Source: Chrysomallon squamiferum (taxonomy: Eukaryota; Animalia; Mollusca). From it: a stretch of 64,000 bases of DNA. Made by a program: the position numbers and the translations under genes. The notes below the pieces were generated by a model that was not told where the DNA came from, ran no database searches, and saw only the letters and a program-made list of their open reading frames with translations. The stretch is taken from the NCBI GenBank assembly GCA_012295275.1, contig CM022677.1, forward strand, positions 21,948,001 to 22,012,000, given 5' to 3'. Shown in pieces: positions 1 through 15,627 of the stretch (positions are counted from its first letter, which is position 1; each line of letters begins with the position of its first letter).

Positions 1-836
1 TGAGAGACTAATTATAAAGCAGGAACAAAAATAGAAATTTCGTAAACCCTCTTTCCCCGTATTAACGTATTTTGTACGTTTCATGTTTGCCCCCGAACTA
101 GTAGGATATGACGTCACTGTCATTGTGACGTAGCGAATAGTCAGTGACAAACTATTGGACAGCGGTAAGAAGTAAGAATTATTTTAATTATTATAATCAA
201 GTGAATGTGTGTGTGTGCGAAAGAGCGTGCGTGCGTGCGCGCGTGCGTGTGTGTGTTTTAGACGATCACTTGCAATGTCTGGGAAAGAACGTGCTTCATT
301 ATTTACTGTTTATATATTACATATGTTTTTTTGGTTAGAATTACTTCATTTTGATTGGTTGTTGTGGCTGTTGCTGCTGTCGTTCTTTAAACAAAGAAAG
401 AAAGAAGAAAGAAGGAAAGCTAAAGAGTAAAATGTATAAGCAATAATCATGTGATAATTACAAAAAGGAAGAAGAAAGAAGCCCACTAACTTGAGTTTCA
501 TTAAAAACCTTTTCAAAACCAAACAACACCAATTTATGTACTGAACCTCTTCATCAATAACAAATTACATCTTCTTTTAGCATATCTGACACGAGTTACC
601 TACCTTTGATCCATCAAAGACATTCACTTTCAAACGTAATTAAAATGTTCGTCGTTGATATATTTTATTAATTATAAAAGTATTATGTATCGAAAGAAGC
701 ATTAGTCTGAATTTGCGTGGAGTTATTTTCAATCTACAGATTCTGCTTACGTCATCGTTTGATTTTTCTCTTTCTTACGTCATTATTCGTTACATACAAC
801 ATTGTTAATTTAATATATTAAATATTTTTGTTTGAC

Positions 837-913
<77 letters not shown>

Positions 914-1120
914 AACACATACACACATGCACATATATAAATACATCTTTGTATGTACCAGCATTTCTTTCTATTTTTCTGTATAATCTGCTTGTCTCTG
1001 TATCTTTTTATCTTTCTGTCTCTTTCTCTAACTATATTTCTATCTTTATATCGTTCTTTCTATGCATTTTTGTCTTTCTGTGTCTTTCCGTCTTTCTTTC
1101 TCTTTATTTTTACTAATAAA

Positions 1121-1160
<40 letters not shown>

Positions 1161-1209
1161 GTAGTTAGATATATATATATAGATGGATAGTTAGATAGAT
1201 AGATAATAT

Positions 1210-1257
<48 letters not shown>

Positions 1258-1379
1258 TTAGATAGATAGACAGACAGATAGACAGACAGACAGATATATA
1301 GATAGATAGATAGACAGACAGACAGATAGATAGATAGATAGATAGACATATAGTCAGATAGATAGATAGACAGATAGAC

Positions 1380-1461
<82 letters not shown>

Positions 1462-1483
1462 ATAGATAAATAGACAGATAGAC

Positions 1484-1522
<39 letters not shown>

Positions 1523-1542
1523 GATAGATAGATAGATAGATA
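1121..1542. repeat. (AGAT/AGAC)n tetranucleotide array
   Basis: Direct reading. Confidence 0.95.
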
Positions 1543-2234
1543 TGTGTCTTACTTTGTCTTTCTATATCTATCTACCAATGTTTTAGCCTCTCTCTTCCTT
1601 TCTTCGACATCAGTGTCTTTTTCTAACACTGTCTCTGTGTCTGTATATTTGCCTGCAGGAATAAATATCGTTACAAATTCATACGCCTAATGCACACAAA
1701 CAAATACATAAATACACAAACGTACACACATACCCACGCGTACACAAACACACGTTTATAAATAGAACGTGCTAAAAATACAACTTACACCTCTTGCAAG
1801 CGAGACGCAGATCGCTGTGACGTCATTTGTAAAGCGTTCCAGACGTGATGACAATGTCGCGTGCATCTGACTTGGCTCAGTCTGTACAATACGTCCTCTG
1901 TCGTTTCTGAAAGCAGTCGTAAATAATTTATTGTTAATAGCCGTATTAAGTGGAAATGCCTATTAAAAACGTAAAAAAACAACAACAAAAAAAACCAATG
2001 TACGTAGAGAGAAACAGAGAGACAGAGAGACAGACAGATATATATCGAGAGAAATATGGACTCAGAGAGCGAAAGACAGAGACAGAAACAGAGATACAAA
2101 TAGAAAGAAACAGAGAGAGAGACAGAGATAAGGAAGAGACAGAAACAGAACAGAAACAGATTGAGAGAGACAGAGAGACACCGACAGAAACAAAAACAGA
2201 ACAAAAACAGATAAATCCAAAGTGAGACACATAT

Positions 2235-2319
<85 letters not shown>

Positions 2320-3767
2320 ATGAGAGACAGGCAGACAGACAGACAGACAGAGGTGTATCACACTACTATCAAACACACAGAAGCCCTACTCACGGAGGAG
2401 AAAGAAATTTATTTGGCTTCTTAAACGTAAAAGTCTTCAATCACTGAAACTGGTATCACTATAATCCATGTCTCTTCAAAGGTCAGCAAGAAAAAAATTG
2501 TAAAGGAATAGAAGGGGTTGGGGGTGGGGTAAGGGAAGGTCCAAAATATGATAAGAGGGTGGAGAGGTAAGGGATGATGAATTCATGACTCCAAAATGTT
2601 ATATTGTGAGAAAGAAAGTAATAGGCGCCAATCCAGTATATTTTACGGGAAGTAAGGAAGACATTCAAAGGTAAGATCCAAAATATTATAAGGGAAGAAA
2701 GGATGTAATGGGCGAATCCAAAATGTTATTAGGGTAGAACGGTTGTGAGATGAAGGTTAAAAACGAAAATATTATAAGTAGTGATCGTAATGGTGGAGGG
2801 AGGGGAAAGGGTTGAAAAGGAAGATAAACCACCAAGTGTTTTATTAAATCACTGTAAACAAATTAATAATTATTTGTTCTGATATTTTCTAACCGAGACA
2901 TGATACATGTGGCTTGTTACAGTGTAGACATGTCTGATTACAGAGTCGTCTGGTGACCTCATCGTAATAACAGACTCCAGTGAAAAAAATTCGTATTACT
3001 CCGCGATATTCTTGTCTACTTCTTCGTCTTCATTGTTTTTTTTGTTTTTTGTTTTTTTCTTCCATGTATTGTTCTTTTTTTTCTTTTCTTTTCTTTTTTT
3101 TTTTCTTTTTTTTTTTCTTTTTTTTTTGTCTTTGATTTCTTGTCATTTTTTTTAGATTTTTTTATTAAATTTTTCTTCAGATTCCTTTCTTCATCATAAT
3201 CTTCTTCATCTTCTTTTTTGTTGTTTTTTTATCTTCATCATGCTCTTCTTTTTCTTCCTTTTCTTCATCATCATTTTATTCCATTTATATTTTTCTTTTT
3301 TCTTTTTCATGATTATCATATCCTTTTTGCTTCCAATTATCTTCTTCTTTTTCTTCTTCTTCTTCTTTTTATCTATCCTTTACTTTTTATTCATCATGAT
3401 CTTCCTCTTCGATTCTGTTTTTCTACTACTTCGTCATCATTTTATTCGATATATATATTCTTCATTTTCTTTATCATCAGTTTCTTCTTCTTCTGATTTC
3501 TTCCACCTTTTTCTCTTCTTTTTTCTTCTTACCTTTCTTCTTCTTCTTCTTCTACTTCTTCTTCTTTGTTTTTTCTTCGACTTCTTCTAAATCTTCAACA
3601 ATAAAGTAACTCTACAAACTGTTCTAGAGTGGGCGTTGCGTATCATACTAACTACTAAAGTTACTTTAGAATATATATTTTATTATCATTATTATTTTTT
3701 AATAACGTCGATATAAAACTGTAGGCGTGTTAGCAATCAGCATTAACGACATCGCCCAATTTGGCCC

Positions 3768-3798
<31 letters not shown>

Positions 3799-4040
3799 TC
3801 AAACAACTATAATGGTTTCTCATTCCCGTAACAATAACGCTACTTCCAAATAAGATTCTGCCAATTTGTTATCCTAATACTGGACGAAACGATACGAGCC
3901 CACTGAAATCTCTATCCTCACTTTTATTTTTTTAAGCATTATTATTATTATTATTATCATCATCATCATTATTATTATTATTATATTGTAGTAACAGACG
4001 AATGAGTAGATTTCATAATTATCGATTTGCCCGGTCGACG

Positions 4041-4046
4041 TATAAG
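4041..4046 (+). promoter_or_regulatory. Putative TATA box (TATAAG) of the secreted-precursor gene
   Basis: cgacgTATAAGaagg in a CpG-rich patch about 175 bp upstream of ATG 4218, followed by a plausible GC-richer 5'UTR. Confidence 0.5.
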
Positions 4047-4217
4047 AAGGCGCGGTTTATCGTCTGCTACACGACCACGTAGAAGGAAAGCACGCCGGCA
4101 CGCGACAAGGAAATATATCCACAGTCGATCGTCTGCCATCAGGAAAACGGGGGCCAAAGCGAAAAGTTGTTAAACTGCGGGACGAACGAACGTGACTTTG
4201 TGAACTGTTTTTCCAAG

Positions 4218-4269
4218 ATGAAACTCGCTGTACACATCCTCCTCTTTTTTGTGACGTCATTTTGGCAAG
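4218..4269 (+). CDS. Neuropeptide/prohormone-like precursor, coding exon 1 (signal peptide MKLAVHILLFFVTSFWQ-G)
   Basis: caagATG with A at -3; basic residue then hydrophobic core; phase-1 donor CAAG|GTACGT; phase matches the exon at 17976. Confidence 0.8.
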
Positions 4270-4301
4270 GTACGTTTATACAATGTGTTTGTTTTGTTGT
4301 A

Positions 4302-4362
<61 letters not shown>

Positions 4363-5075
4363 GTGGGTTTTTTTTAAATATCGCTGAGGAAAAAATTTCG
4401 TAAATGTTTTTAAAATAATAATTATCATATGATACGAAATCGACTAGTTTTTTTTTATTGTACATTTATAATGTTATTTAGGAAAATTATAAATTTTTAT
4501 GAGAGAGAAAGAGAGAGAGAGAGATCTGCAATCTCGCTCTATCTATCTATCTATCTATCTATCAATCTAGCATTTAAATTTTAGAATTTGGCTAAATATT
4601 TTTTAAATGCGACAAAACTGAATGGACAGACAAATACACGGATGTTTGTACGTTCGTTTTTATTAGCAAGGATAAAACGGACGGAGGTATGGCCTGAGTT
4701 AACGAATAATTTATATAAGTAAATGAAGGCCGAAAGAAAGAAAGAAAGAAAGAAATAAAGAAAGAATTAAAAGTTCTAAAATGTTCAGTCATCTTTTTTA
4801 GTATTTATTTATTTATTTATTTTGGTTTCATTAATTTTTCTAATATATTTAAATAGATTTCCATTTTAATGATAAAAAATATTTATATATATTTAAATAG
4901 ATTTCCATTTTAATGATAAAAAATGCTGTCAAAGATAATTTTAAACAAACATAAAAAAAATACAGCAGAGATAAGGAAATATAAAAACAAAAAAAGAAAA
5001 TGATATAAGAAAGAAATTTAAAAAGATGATTTCAACTTTATTCTTTATTTTAATAATAACTAATTCTGTCATGAT

Positions 5076-5172
<97 letters not shown>

Positions 5173-5561
5173 TTAAAATATTATTTTTTTATTTTGTATT
5201 ACGTCTTCAAAACCATATATGTTTTTGCTCGACATTGCGGGGTTGTTTTTTTTTCGTCTCTTTTTTCGTTAAGTGTGCACGTGTGTGTGAGTTTTCATTA
5301 TTTTTCATTGCATTTGCAGCCCACACAAAAACACTGAAATAAACCAAGCAATTAGTTAAAGACGATAATCATGTTACATTAGCAAACCAAAAGAAAAATA
5401 TTAAACGACTGCCTAAACGAAACATTTTTGAAACTTGTGGACCACTTCTGGCTCTTTAGCAGTTCAGTTTATTATTAAATCAACTCTGACAGAAAACAAA
5501 TGTTATTTTGAAAGAGAAAACAGAAATTTAAAAATTTATAATAATTAATCCTTTGTGAACG

Positions 5562-5612
<51 letters not shown>

Positions 5613-7176
5613 CACGAAATAACAAGCGTGGATCAATAAACCACGAAAGTTTTCTGACAAAAATAATTATTTAAATTAGTTTACAATTGACTTTATCGTT
5701 AATTTTAAACGGTTTTGAAAAAAAAAAAATGGGGAAAGAAAGCAAGAAAGATACAAAAAACAAAAAAAACATTAACCAAAAAAAATTCCAGTTATACGAG
5801 ATTAAACGATGATAGCCGAAGATAGCTGAAAATAACCGAAAATAATCGAATAAAACGTTTTCATTTTACGGAGAATGTTTCTTTCTTTCTTTATTTCTTT
5901 CTTTCTTGACTGTTTTCTAACTTACGTATTTATTCTGATTAATTTAGGTGTTAATTCGCTAACTTATTTACATATTTACATATTTTCTTAAATCAGTTAA
6001 ATACTTGATCACAACTATAAACAATTATTTGCGAGTCAGAATATCATAAATATCATCGTAAACGTAATTTTTACGTAATAATTACTTAACGCAATGACAA
6101 CTGAACGACGTCACAATAGTTATGACGTTTTTAAAAATGTCGAGGTCCGCTCAACAGTGTGTTAGTTTGTAAGTATGTAAGTATGTTAGATTGTTAGAGA
6201 AAAGAAAGCTTCATTCAACTGAACATTGAAGGTATCTATTCAGCGCATGCGTAGCCTCGTTTTTCATTGTGTTAGAATGTCAGAAAGTTTCAGCTTATTC
6301 AAAAATCAAGTTATTTTCATGTCTTCGTCAACACAGATTATAACCTACATTTTCATTCCATTCCTCTTTTTTCATTTTCATCGTTTTTACTTATTATTAT
6401 CCTAGTATTATCCTAGTAATAGTAGTGGTTTTAGAAGTAGTAGTAGCAGTAATAGTTGTAGTAGCAATAGCAGTAATAGCAGTAATAATACTAATAATCA
6501 TCATCATCATTATCATTATTATTATCATTCTTAATATTATTATTATTATTGTTGTTAATTATTGTATTATATTATTTAATTATTCATTCATTCATTCATT
6601 CGTTCGTTCGTTCATTTTATTTTATTATAATTTTATTAATTTCTTATTTTGGATTTTCTGGTTGACATCCCAAAATTTGTAAGTTTACAAAACTGTTAGT
6701 TTACTCAGAATAGACACATTTGTGTGTTATTTCGAGTATTTCGAGTATTTCCAGTAAGTTCTGACTATAAACAGCAAACACCGAGCTGTGCTATCTGGGA
6801 ATCGTAATTCGAAATAATTAACAAATATTTTCCGCCAAAGCTGTTTCTGTTGTAGCTTACGAAAACTTACAAGGGAAAGAAAATCTTCGAGAAAAGATGG
6901 CGGATTGTGTTTCTGCGGCGAAAAGTTCAGCAGAATGTCTCTTTCACTGACACGTGTCAGAATTTTTTTTTTTTTTTTATTTTTTATTTTTATTTTTATC
7001 CTTCTTTTTTTTTTTTTTTTCTTTTTTTTTTGTTCTCTGACTTTTAGTCAGGCGAGGTTTGTCAGTTTCAGTAATATGTGTTTTATTTGTATTTTATTTT
7101 ATTGCGTTTCGTTTCGTTTTGTTTTTGTTTTTGTTTCTTTTCGTTCCAGTTTTATTTTATTTTACATAAATTCATT

Positions 7177-7215
<39 letters not shown>

Positions 7216-7789
7216 TGTATTTCATATTATTTATATCGTAGTATTTATTTTATTTTTTTTTTTTTTTATTATTTTATTTTATTTTTTCTTCATTTTATTA
7301 TGAATTTTATTTTATTATTTTTTTTTTTTATTATTATTATTATTATTTTTTTTATAAGACACACTTAATTTCTGTACCACACTTTCAATTTTTCACCAAC
7401 CGTTAAATAGTTCTCGTCAAAGCACGCCTTTCGTGAACCGTACCACTGGGAGCATAATCTATGAATCACGATAAAAAAAAAAAAATGCGACTGGAACCCG
7501 CGTAGGTGGCGCTGCACGGACCCGACGATATCCCATCCTTCACTTTGATCGATTGCTTATTGTTCGAGTGGTCCGTCGCCATTTTGAAACGACAATAATC
7601 CGCTTTTTATGGGGAAGAACGTTATCGAACGACCGCGTCTGTTTCCTTTAATTAGGTCAGCTTTGTTTTATTTATTTGGTCAGTTAGTTGGAGTTTTCAG
7701 TTAATTAATTGCTTAGTTCTCTTGTGGTTGTCACTCGATTTGTCTGTCGCAAGCAATTCTGTCTGTTTGTCTGTCTGTCAGTCGTTTGT

Positions 7790-8200
7790 TCATTCAGTCA
7801 GTCAGTCAATAAGTCAGTCAGTCATTTAGTCAGTCATTCAGTTAGTTAATAAGTCAGTCAGTCAGTCAGTCAGTCAGTTAATAAGTCAGTCAGTCAATAA
7901 GTCAGTCAGTCAGTCAGTTATTCAGTTAGTCAATAAGTCAGTCAGTCATTCAGTCAGTCAATAAGTCAGTCAGTCATTCAGTCAGTTATCAGTCAGTCAT
8001 TCAGTCAGTCAATAAGTCAATAAGTCAGTCAGTCATTCAGTCAGTCAATAAGTCAGTCAGTCATTCAGTCAGTCAGTCAGTCAGTCAGTCAATAAGTCAG
8101 TCAGTCAGTCAGTCAATCAGTCAATAAGTCAGTCAATAAGTCAGTCAATCAGTCAGTCAGTCAGTCAGTCAGTCAATAAGTCAGTCAGTCATTCAGTCAG
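7790..8200. repeat. (CAGT)n-based compound microsatellite with recurring CAATAAGT/CATT variants
   Basis: Direct reading. Confidence 0.93.
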
Positions 8201-10062
8201 GCTGAGAATCCTCTATTCGACCTCTTTGCGACCTGAAGTGTTTCAGATTTTTGGAATATAAAGAAACAGACTGAGACTAACAAGCATCCACTTTTATTTT
8301 CATTTTTCAGAGTTACGCAAAATATTTCACACATTTTCAATCATGCATAAAATGAAAGTCACGAGTCCAGAAAACTGTGACACATCACATAAATTCTTCT
8401 GCTTTCTCGGGAAAAAAACATAAAAAAAAAAAAAAAAAAAAGTTTTTTTCGCATTATCGGAACTTTTCGCTCTATTTCGATTTTTTTTTTTTTCGGACAA
8501 AACTACTTTCAAACTTCCGTCTCCAGTCAAGCTTTGGTGATCTTACGGTCTCTCTGTGTATTATTCAGTATTATTCAGTATTATTCAGTATTATTCAGTA
8601 TTATTCTCCGAGGCAAAAATTAACGTGTACGAATACGCCAGGTGAAGACTTAGAGAGAAGAGAATCTTCGACACCCCGCTCTACCCGCCGCCCCCCCACC
8701 CCCTGCTTCCTCTGCTTCCTCAGCGAGCACGCGCGGGTCTGTTGTTAATTAAAACAGTAGACATGTCTGTGCTCGTGGAGTTTGCTTGACTGGTGAATTA
8801 CGCAGACGAAAACGAGTTTTTTTTCTCGACCTCGACCCTGTCGTTGTTATGACGTAACGTCGTCGTGTATCGATGTTTTGATTACAGGTTGGTTGCAGGT
8901 TAATTCAGACTGGGTAAAAAATTAGTCTTAATTATATCATCAGGTTCTGTTGTTTTCCGTTTCACACACAGGCACGCACGCACGCACGCACACGCATACA
9001 TACACAAACGCTCAAAGAGGTTCGCACGCACACGTGAGCAATTTACCTCTCTCCATATCTCACTTTTTTTTTTCTTTTTCTTTCTTCCTCTGTTTCTCAT
9101 TCTTACTTTCTGCCTATCTGTCTTGTCTTTCTATCCGTCTATCTGTCTGTCTATCCGTCTGCCTGTCTGTCTGTTTGTCCAACTACTTAACCATCCATTT
9201 ATCTACCTTGCCATTCCACAATCCGTCCATCTGTCTGTCTAGCTATCTGTCTGTCTGTCTGTATAATCTATCCGTCTAATTTCCCTATTTTCATATACTC
9301 TTGCTCTGTCTCTCTGTCTCTCTTTCTGTGTTTCCGTCTCCCTCTCTTCCGCACACACACTCTTTCACTCTACCCTTTAACTTTAAAAAAAAAAAAAAAA
9401 ATTAGTGAAATTTTCGCAGAGGCTCTAATTGGGTATCAACTGTTGTCTGTACAGTCCAAATTGTACTAACTAGCTGAAGCAAAACATTACTGTTATTAAT
9501 TAGCGAACCGAAAAGAAAAAGAAACAGGAAAAAAAGGAGATGTATTAATTACGTCTAGATTCGCATTTTAATTAAAAAGGAAAGGCTCAGGATGTGCGAC
9601 GTAAAAGTAATGTTCGTTATTATCCGTAAATGCTCGTTATTATCCGCATGTACTCGTTAGTATTCCTTATTATTCGTAAAAAGTGAGGAAACAAACCTGA
9701 GATATTATTTTTTCGAGAAAGTCTTATTTCGTTCTGTTTTTGAATAGATTTTATTTATTTTATTTTATTTTTTTTATATATATATATATAATTTATTATT
9801 TTATCGTTTGTTTCTTTCATCCTTTCTTTCTTTTTTCTTTCTTTCTTTCTTTATTTATTTATTCAATTAGTTACTTAGTTTTTTGTTCATATGTCTGTCT
9901 TCTATGTATCTAAAGATGATCATGTAGATAAGAATTTGTTTACGATCAAAGACATCACTTAATTAATAATAATTAGAAATTCTTCGAGAAAGATAGTATT
10001 TGTTCGGACATCTGTTCGTAACATTTCGGATTTATTCGCCGAAAGACGACCACAAAAACTGA

Positions 10063-10156
<94 letters not shown>

Positions 10157-10331
10157 TATTACAAAGAAATTTATGTATGCGTGTGTGAGTGCGTTCGAGT
10201 GTGTTGAATAGTTATGTGCGTATATGTGTGTGTGTATATATATATATATATAAGTGAGTATGTATGTGAATATGTATACGTATGAGCGCGTGTATGTGTG
10301 ACTGTGCGAGTATGTGTTTGTATGTGTATAT

Positions 10332-10374
<43 letters not shown>

Positions 10375-12827
10375 ATCAGGTGTGACTTGTTGATTAATGA
10401 CAACTAATTATAAATAATAAGGTGTAAATTTCAGCCAGGTGTGTGTTTGCTAATTACACTCAATCAGCAGGTAACAAATAATAAAAGGTTTCAAATATCC
10501 TGATCATACTTAATTATGCTTAATTGTTCATGTGTGTGTGTGTGTTTCTAAATATAGACACACACACACACATACGAACAAAACCAAAATCCATACCAAC
10601 CTGTAGACAATAAAACAAGTAGATCGATAATCAGGCATAGAGTAAGTAAGAAAGATGGAAAGAAGGTGAAAGAAAGATGGCCGTTAAATAATATAAAAAG
10701 ATAGAAAGAAAGTAAGAACGAAAGAAAAATAATGGAAATAAAGTAATAATTTAATTATATATATATATATAAAACCATAGAAAGGGGAATAGAAAATTAA
10801 TAATAATAATAAAAAAATAAACAAGAAAAAAAAAAAAAATAAGAAGAAAATTAAGAAAATAAAAATAAAAATATCAAAAAATAAAAAATTATCAACTTCT
10901 TTCTTTATATGCAGTTTTATTATTTTGTCTTGTTAACAAAGTCGTAGTTGCTGCTGTTGTCGTCATCTAACTTCACTGATGTACTCATAGAAACTAAAAT
11001 TAAAATTATTTTTATACTTCAAAGATATTTACAAATATTTTTGGAAGGAAAAAAAAAAAAAAAAAAAAAACCAGATGAATTTAAATATATTGCGCCATGT
11101 AAATGACGTTGCTATGATATATGACGTCATAATTAACAATGACGTTGATATACGTAATTTTGTTTTATTACTAAAATGGGAAAGAAATTAGGTGAATACA
11201 TGGAGTATGGGGGAGGAACAATATATATATATATATATATTTAAAATTCATTTCAAAGCTAAAAGGTTACATCTGAAATCATTGCTTTAAACATTACTGG
11301 AATTAGTTTAAAAATCAACCGATCAAAGGAAGTCATAATTGCCAACCAATTCAACGATTATTATTACATTTTCAACGAAGTCTGTCTTCTTCACTCATTA
11401 GTTTTCGAAATGACTTTGTTAAACACTGCAAAACGAGCCCTTCATTTTGGTCTGCTGCTCTGGTCAGCGAGAATTTATTCCTCAAAAGAACTTTCCACTA
11501 ACGAAGCGTTGACAGCGTCAGAACTCTGCAACAATGGATCTGACAACGTGCACGACGTTTTCCGTGTGGTCTCGACTGAGGCACGGATTTCTTCCAGTAA
11601 TGGAAGATTTACGTTTCTTTAGAAGACCTGTAAACAATCAGTTTTGTTTTGTCATTCAGTTTGGTTAGTTAGCTTCGCTCTGTCGTCGGAGCTGTCCTTT
11701 GAGATACATGGGCGGGATGGGTGGGTGGGGTGGGGTGGGTTGAGGAGGGGGGGACGGGACAGATGGAAAGAGCAATGGTGGGCGGTATTGAAAGGAGGCT
11801 AATGGAACGAAGGATGGATTGACGGAAGGATGGATGGATGGATGGATGGATGAATAAGTAAGATAGATAGTTTGGAATGTTGGTAGATAGGCAGGCACAC
11901 AAACACATCGGTATCTTTATTAGAAAATTTAGAAATTTTAAAACATAAATTCAAATTATCTGCTAAAACATAATATAAGCGTGCATCGTCGTCACCATCT
12001 TTATTATTGTCATCATCATTTTCATTATCATTGTTATCATCATGACCATCATTATTTTTTATTATCATTGTCATCATCATCATCATCATTATTGTCGTCA
12101 TCATTATCATTATCATCATCGTCATACTTATTTTTACCATCATCATCTTTATCATTATTATTATTATTATCATTATTATTATTATCATAATCATTATTAT
12201 TATTATTATTATCATAATCATCATCATCATCATCATCATTATTATTATTATCATAATCATCATCATCATTTTCATCATCATCATCATTATTATTATTATT
12301 ATTACTTAATCCCACCTACACTCGTCACCGCCCCCCCCCCACACACCCACACACACACCCACCCCGTTGATATGGAAACAGAAACGTGGAGGAGATGAAA
12401 CTGATCTGTTGAGTGGTGTAAAACAAAACTGCACGGTACCGGATATTTAGCCACCATAAAAAAACAACGCAGCGCATCGCTTACGGGCCGTTTTAACAGC
12501 CATTCGCATATCGAGCACGCTATCGTAACAACTGCCACAATAAACATGGCGGCATGATCGCCCATTTCCACGACGTTATTATCCGAGTCCCGTCGAGCGA
12601 TTTCGGATTTGTTTTCAGTTTATGATGTGCTCGGAGCCAGCAGATAAAGTCATTTTAGAAATTTTACAACGATTCATTTTAATAATTGATGTGTTTTTTT
12701 TTTTTTTTTTCTGTCAACACATCAAGAAAAACAGACAATATTATTACGGTTATAGTAGTTAATCGTTAACTATAATTTTAATATACATTTGTTTAAATAT
12801 TCATGCCATTTATTATTAGCAGCAGCA

Positions 12828-12871
<44 letters not shown>

Positions 12872-13384
12872 TGTTGTTGTTGTTGTTGTTGTTGTAGATG
12901 TAGTAATAATACCAAAAGTTGCAGTCGTAGCAGTAGTGGTTGCAGTAGTAGTAGTAGTAATAACAGCAGTAGCAGAGTTGTAGCATTAACTTTTGCGGTA
13001 GTAGTAGTAGTAGTAGTAGAAGTTGCAGTGGTTGTAGTAGAATTGTTGTTGATGTTATTATTATTACTTTGCCGTTGCTGCTGTTGCTGATAAATGTTAG
13101 AAAAAGAATAATCAGAAAAAAAAAAAAAAAAAAAAAAAAAAAGAAAGTCCTAAATTCGTATCATAATTGATGTGTTGTTTTTAACACAAAATAAAACTAA
13201 TTTGAAACGCAGAATAATAATAATAACGAAACACATCAATATTAACACGAAAATTAATAACTTTTATAGAGAAACCTTCAAGAAGTATTTTTGTATTTCC
13301 GGATCGACAACTTCTTCACAAACACATCCATTTCCTCCTCCTCATTTCAACAACAGAAACAGCAACAGCAACAGCAATAATAAC

Positions 13385-13437
<53 letters not shown>

Positions 13438-13521
13438 TTATATCAAAATAAACAATGGTTTTAAAAAATGAAATAAACGATTATTCTATTAATATTCCGT
13501 TAAACGATTCGATTAATAATG

Positions 13522-13554
<33 letters not shown>

Positions 13555-13952
13555 AGCCGCTCCCGGGTCACGTGACTCGCGACACGCGCGCGTCACCCGC
13601 GAGACCTCACTTCTGCGACGAGTAGGTCTCGGGGCGCCTCGAGATCTCGGCTGATTAAATCTGTTTCGTTAATTGCGCGCGATAACGCTTGTTAAAAGTA
13701 AATTATTCTCTCTGACTGTTTCCCCGCGACACGTTACGCGTCGCTGTTCTCGGACTAGCAGAAGTCGCTTGTGTAGTTAAAAAATAATAATAACAATAAT
13801 AATAATAATAGTAATTATTAATATTATCTCCCTTAGATGACGGTGTCGCTTATGTATCAAATAATGGGTTTTCTTCTTTCTGTTGTTAAATTTGTTTCGT
13901 CTATTTTTTTTGTATATGGAATAAATAAATTGAATACCATACTCTGGAACGT

Positions 13953-13990
<38 letters not shown>

Positions 13991-14112
13991 TGTCTGTCTG
14001 TCTGTCTGACTGTTTGTGTGGGTGTGGTGTGTGGGTGTGGATAAATGTGTTTGGTTATAGGAATTAAATATGCTCTGACTTATCTTCGACTGATTAGACT
14101 CTGGACTTAGAC

Positions 14113-14230
14113 AATACTCGGGAACTAACTGACACAGGAGGACAAAGTCCAATCACGACCTAACAAACCCCGTCAGATGCCGCTGACGAGACTCGAACGA
14201 AACGACACCCATTCACCCGCACTCCGACGT
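14113..14230 (-). mobile_element. tRNA-derived SINE remnant, copy 1
   Basis: gacaaagtccaatcacgacct...cgtcagatgccgctgacgagactcgaac; B-box GTTCGAGTC on the - strand; similar to 19728-19862. Confidence 0.55.
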
Positions 14231-15561
14231 TACTGTTCACCCCCCCCGATGAAGACAACGCTACGTATGTCTGTCTGAATATACGTGTGTTTTCACATCT
14301 GCATGTCGTCATTCTTCTCTATTCTTCTAATCCTAAAAGTTCATCAAGTTCCATTTTTAATTAGTTCGGGAACTGAAAAGAAAATTTTGACGTCTGTTTT
14401 TAACTTTTTTTATTTTTTTTTTTCCCCTCCACTCTGTGACTTTATAATATCTTAACGTCTTAACCTATAATATGTGGTATTAATTTTGGAATAAGACAAA
14501 GCCTGGATTAACGTCACGTGACACTGGTATACACAGGTGTGTGATAAATGTGTATAGCAAACAGTCTTAATACGAATACAAATCTCGCGGGAGATTTAAA
14601 CTTTAATTAATTTTCTCGCCTTAGGATAAGTTCAGGATCAGCAGACGAGAGAGAGATCAGTTCATATTTTTTATTTTTGTTTTTGTTGTTTTTTTTCCCT
14701 CCCTTCTGCTTTGTTTGTTTGTTTGTATGTTTAGCTGCTGTTTCTTTGTTTTAGTTTTGTTTATTTTATTTTATTTTATTTATTTTATTTATTTTATTTA
14801 TTTTATTTTATTTAAATATTTAAATATTTATTTATTTGTTTGTTTGTTTGTTTCTCTTTTGCTACGGCTACTAGAACTATTATTGCAACAACAACAGCTA
14901 ATACTACCACTACTACTATGCTACTAGTACAACTATTACTACAACAGCTACTACTGCTGCTGTTACAACTTGTATTACTAGTACTGCTATTGCTACTACT
15001 ACTACTACCAAATTTAGTATTACTACTACTCCTATTATCATTACTACTACTGCCACTATTATTATTATTGCTTCTGCTACTACAACTACTACTACTACTA
15101 CTACTATCGCTACTATTTCTACTTCTACTACTAGCATCAGCCAAATCATTATCTGAGACAAACAAAATTAGCGTGCCGTACAAAATATAATATTACAAGT
15201 TTACAAATACGTGACGACCCATGCGTTACAAAAAGCGTGATTAAACCGCACAAGTGTGGGCCACTTAATTTTTCAATTTTTATTAACATCATCTTCGTTA
15301 ATCTCCGCCGTTTATCGGTTAATTATCCGCTGGATTGACGTCGGTAAACTCCGTCTGGAGTGCCGTACAAACAGTCCCACAGTTCGCTGCGGCGCGCTGA
15401 CCTCGTCATCAAAGAAACGTTATTGCTTCTTGTTCAGTTTTATTACGTCATAAATTGACGCGATGAAGTCTAAGCAGTGAAGCAGTCAACGTAATGAACA
15501 AGATGGTGGTGATTTAGGGCGGTATCTAGGCAACGGTAAAGAGGTGAAAAAAACGAGACTG

Positions 15562-15627
<66 letters not shown>

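Noticed and set aside
11500-12571. Possible nested antisense two-exon micropeptide (MGDHAAMFIVAVVTIACSICEWLLKRP|VF*, donor CCC|GTAAGC at 12484, acceptor at 11628)
   Set aside because: The acceptor lacks a polypyrimidine tract, there is no recognisable homology, and alternative frames are equally plausible; would need RNA evidence
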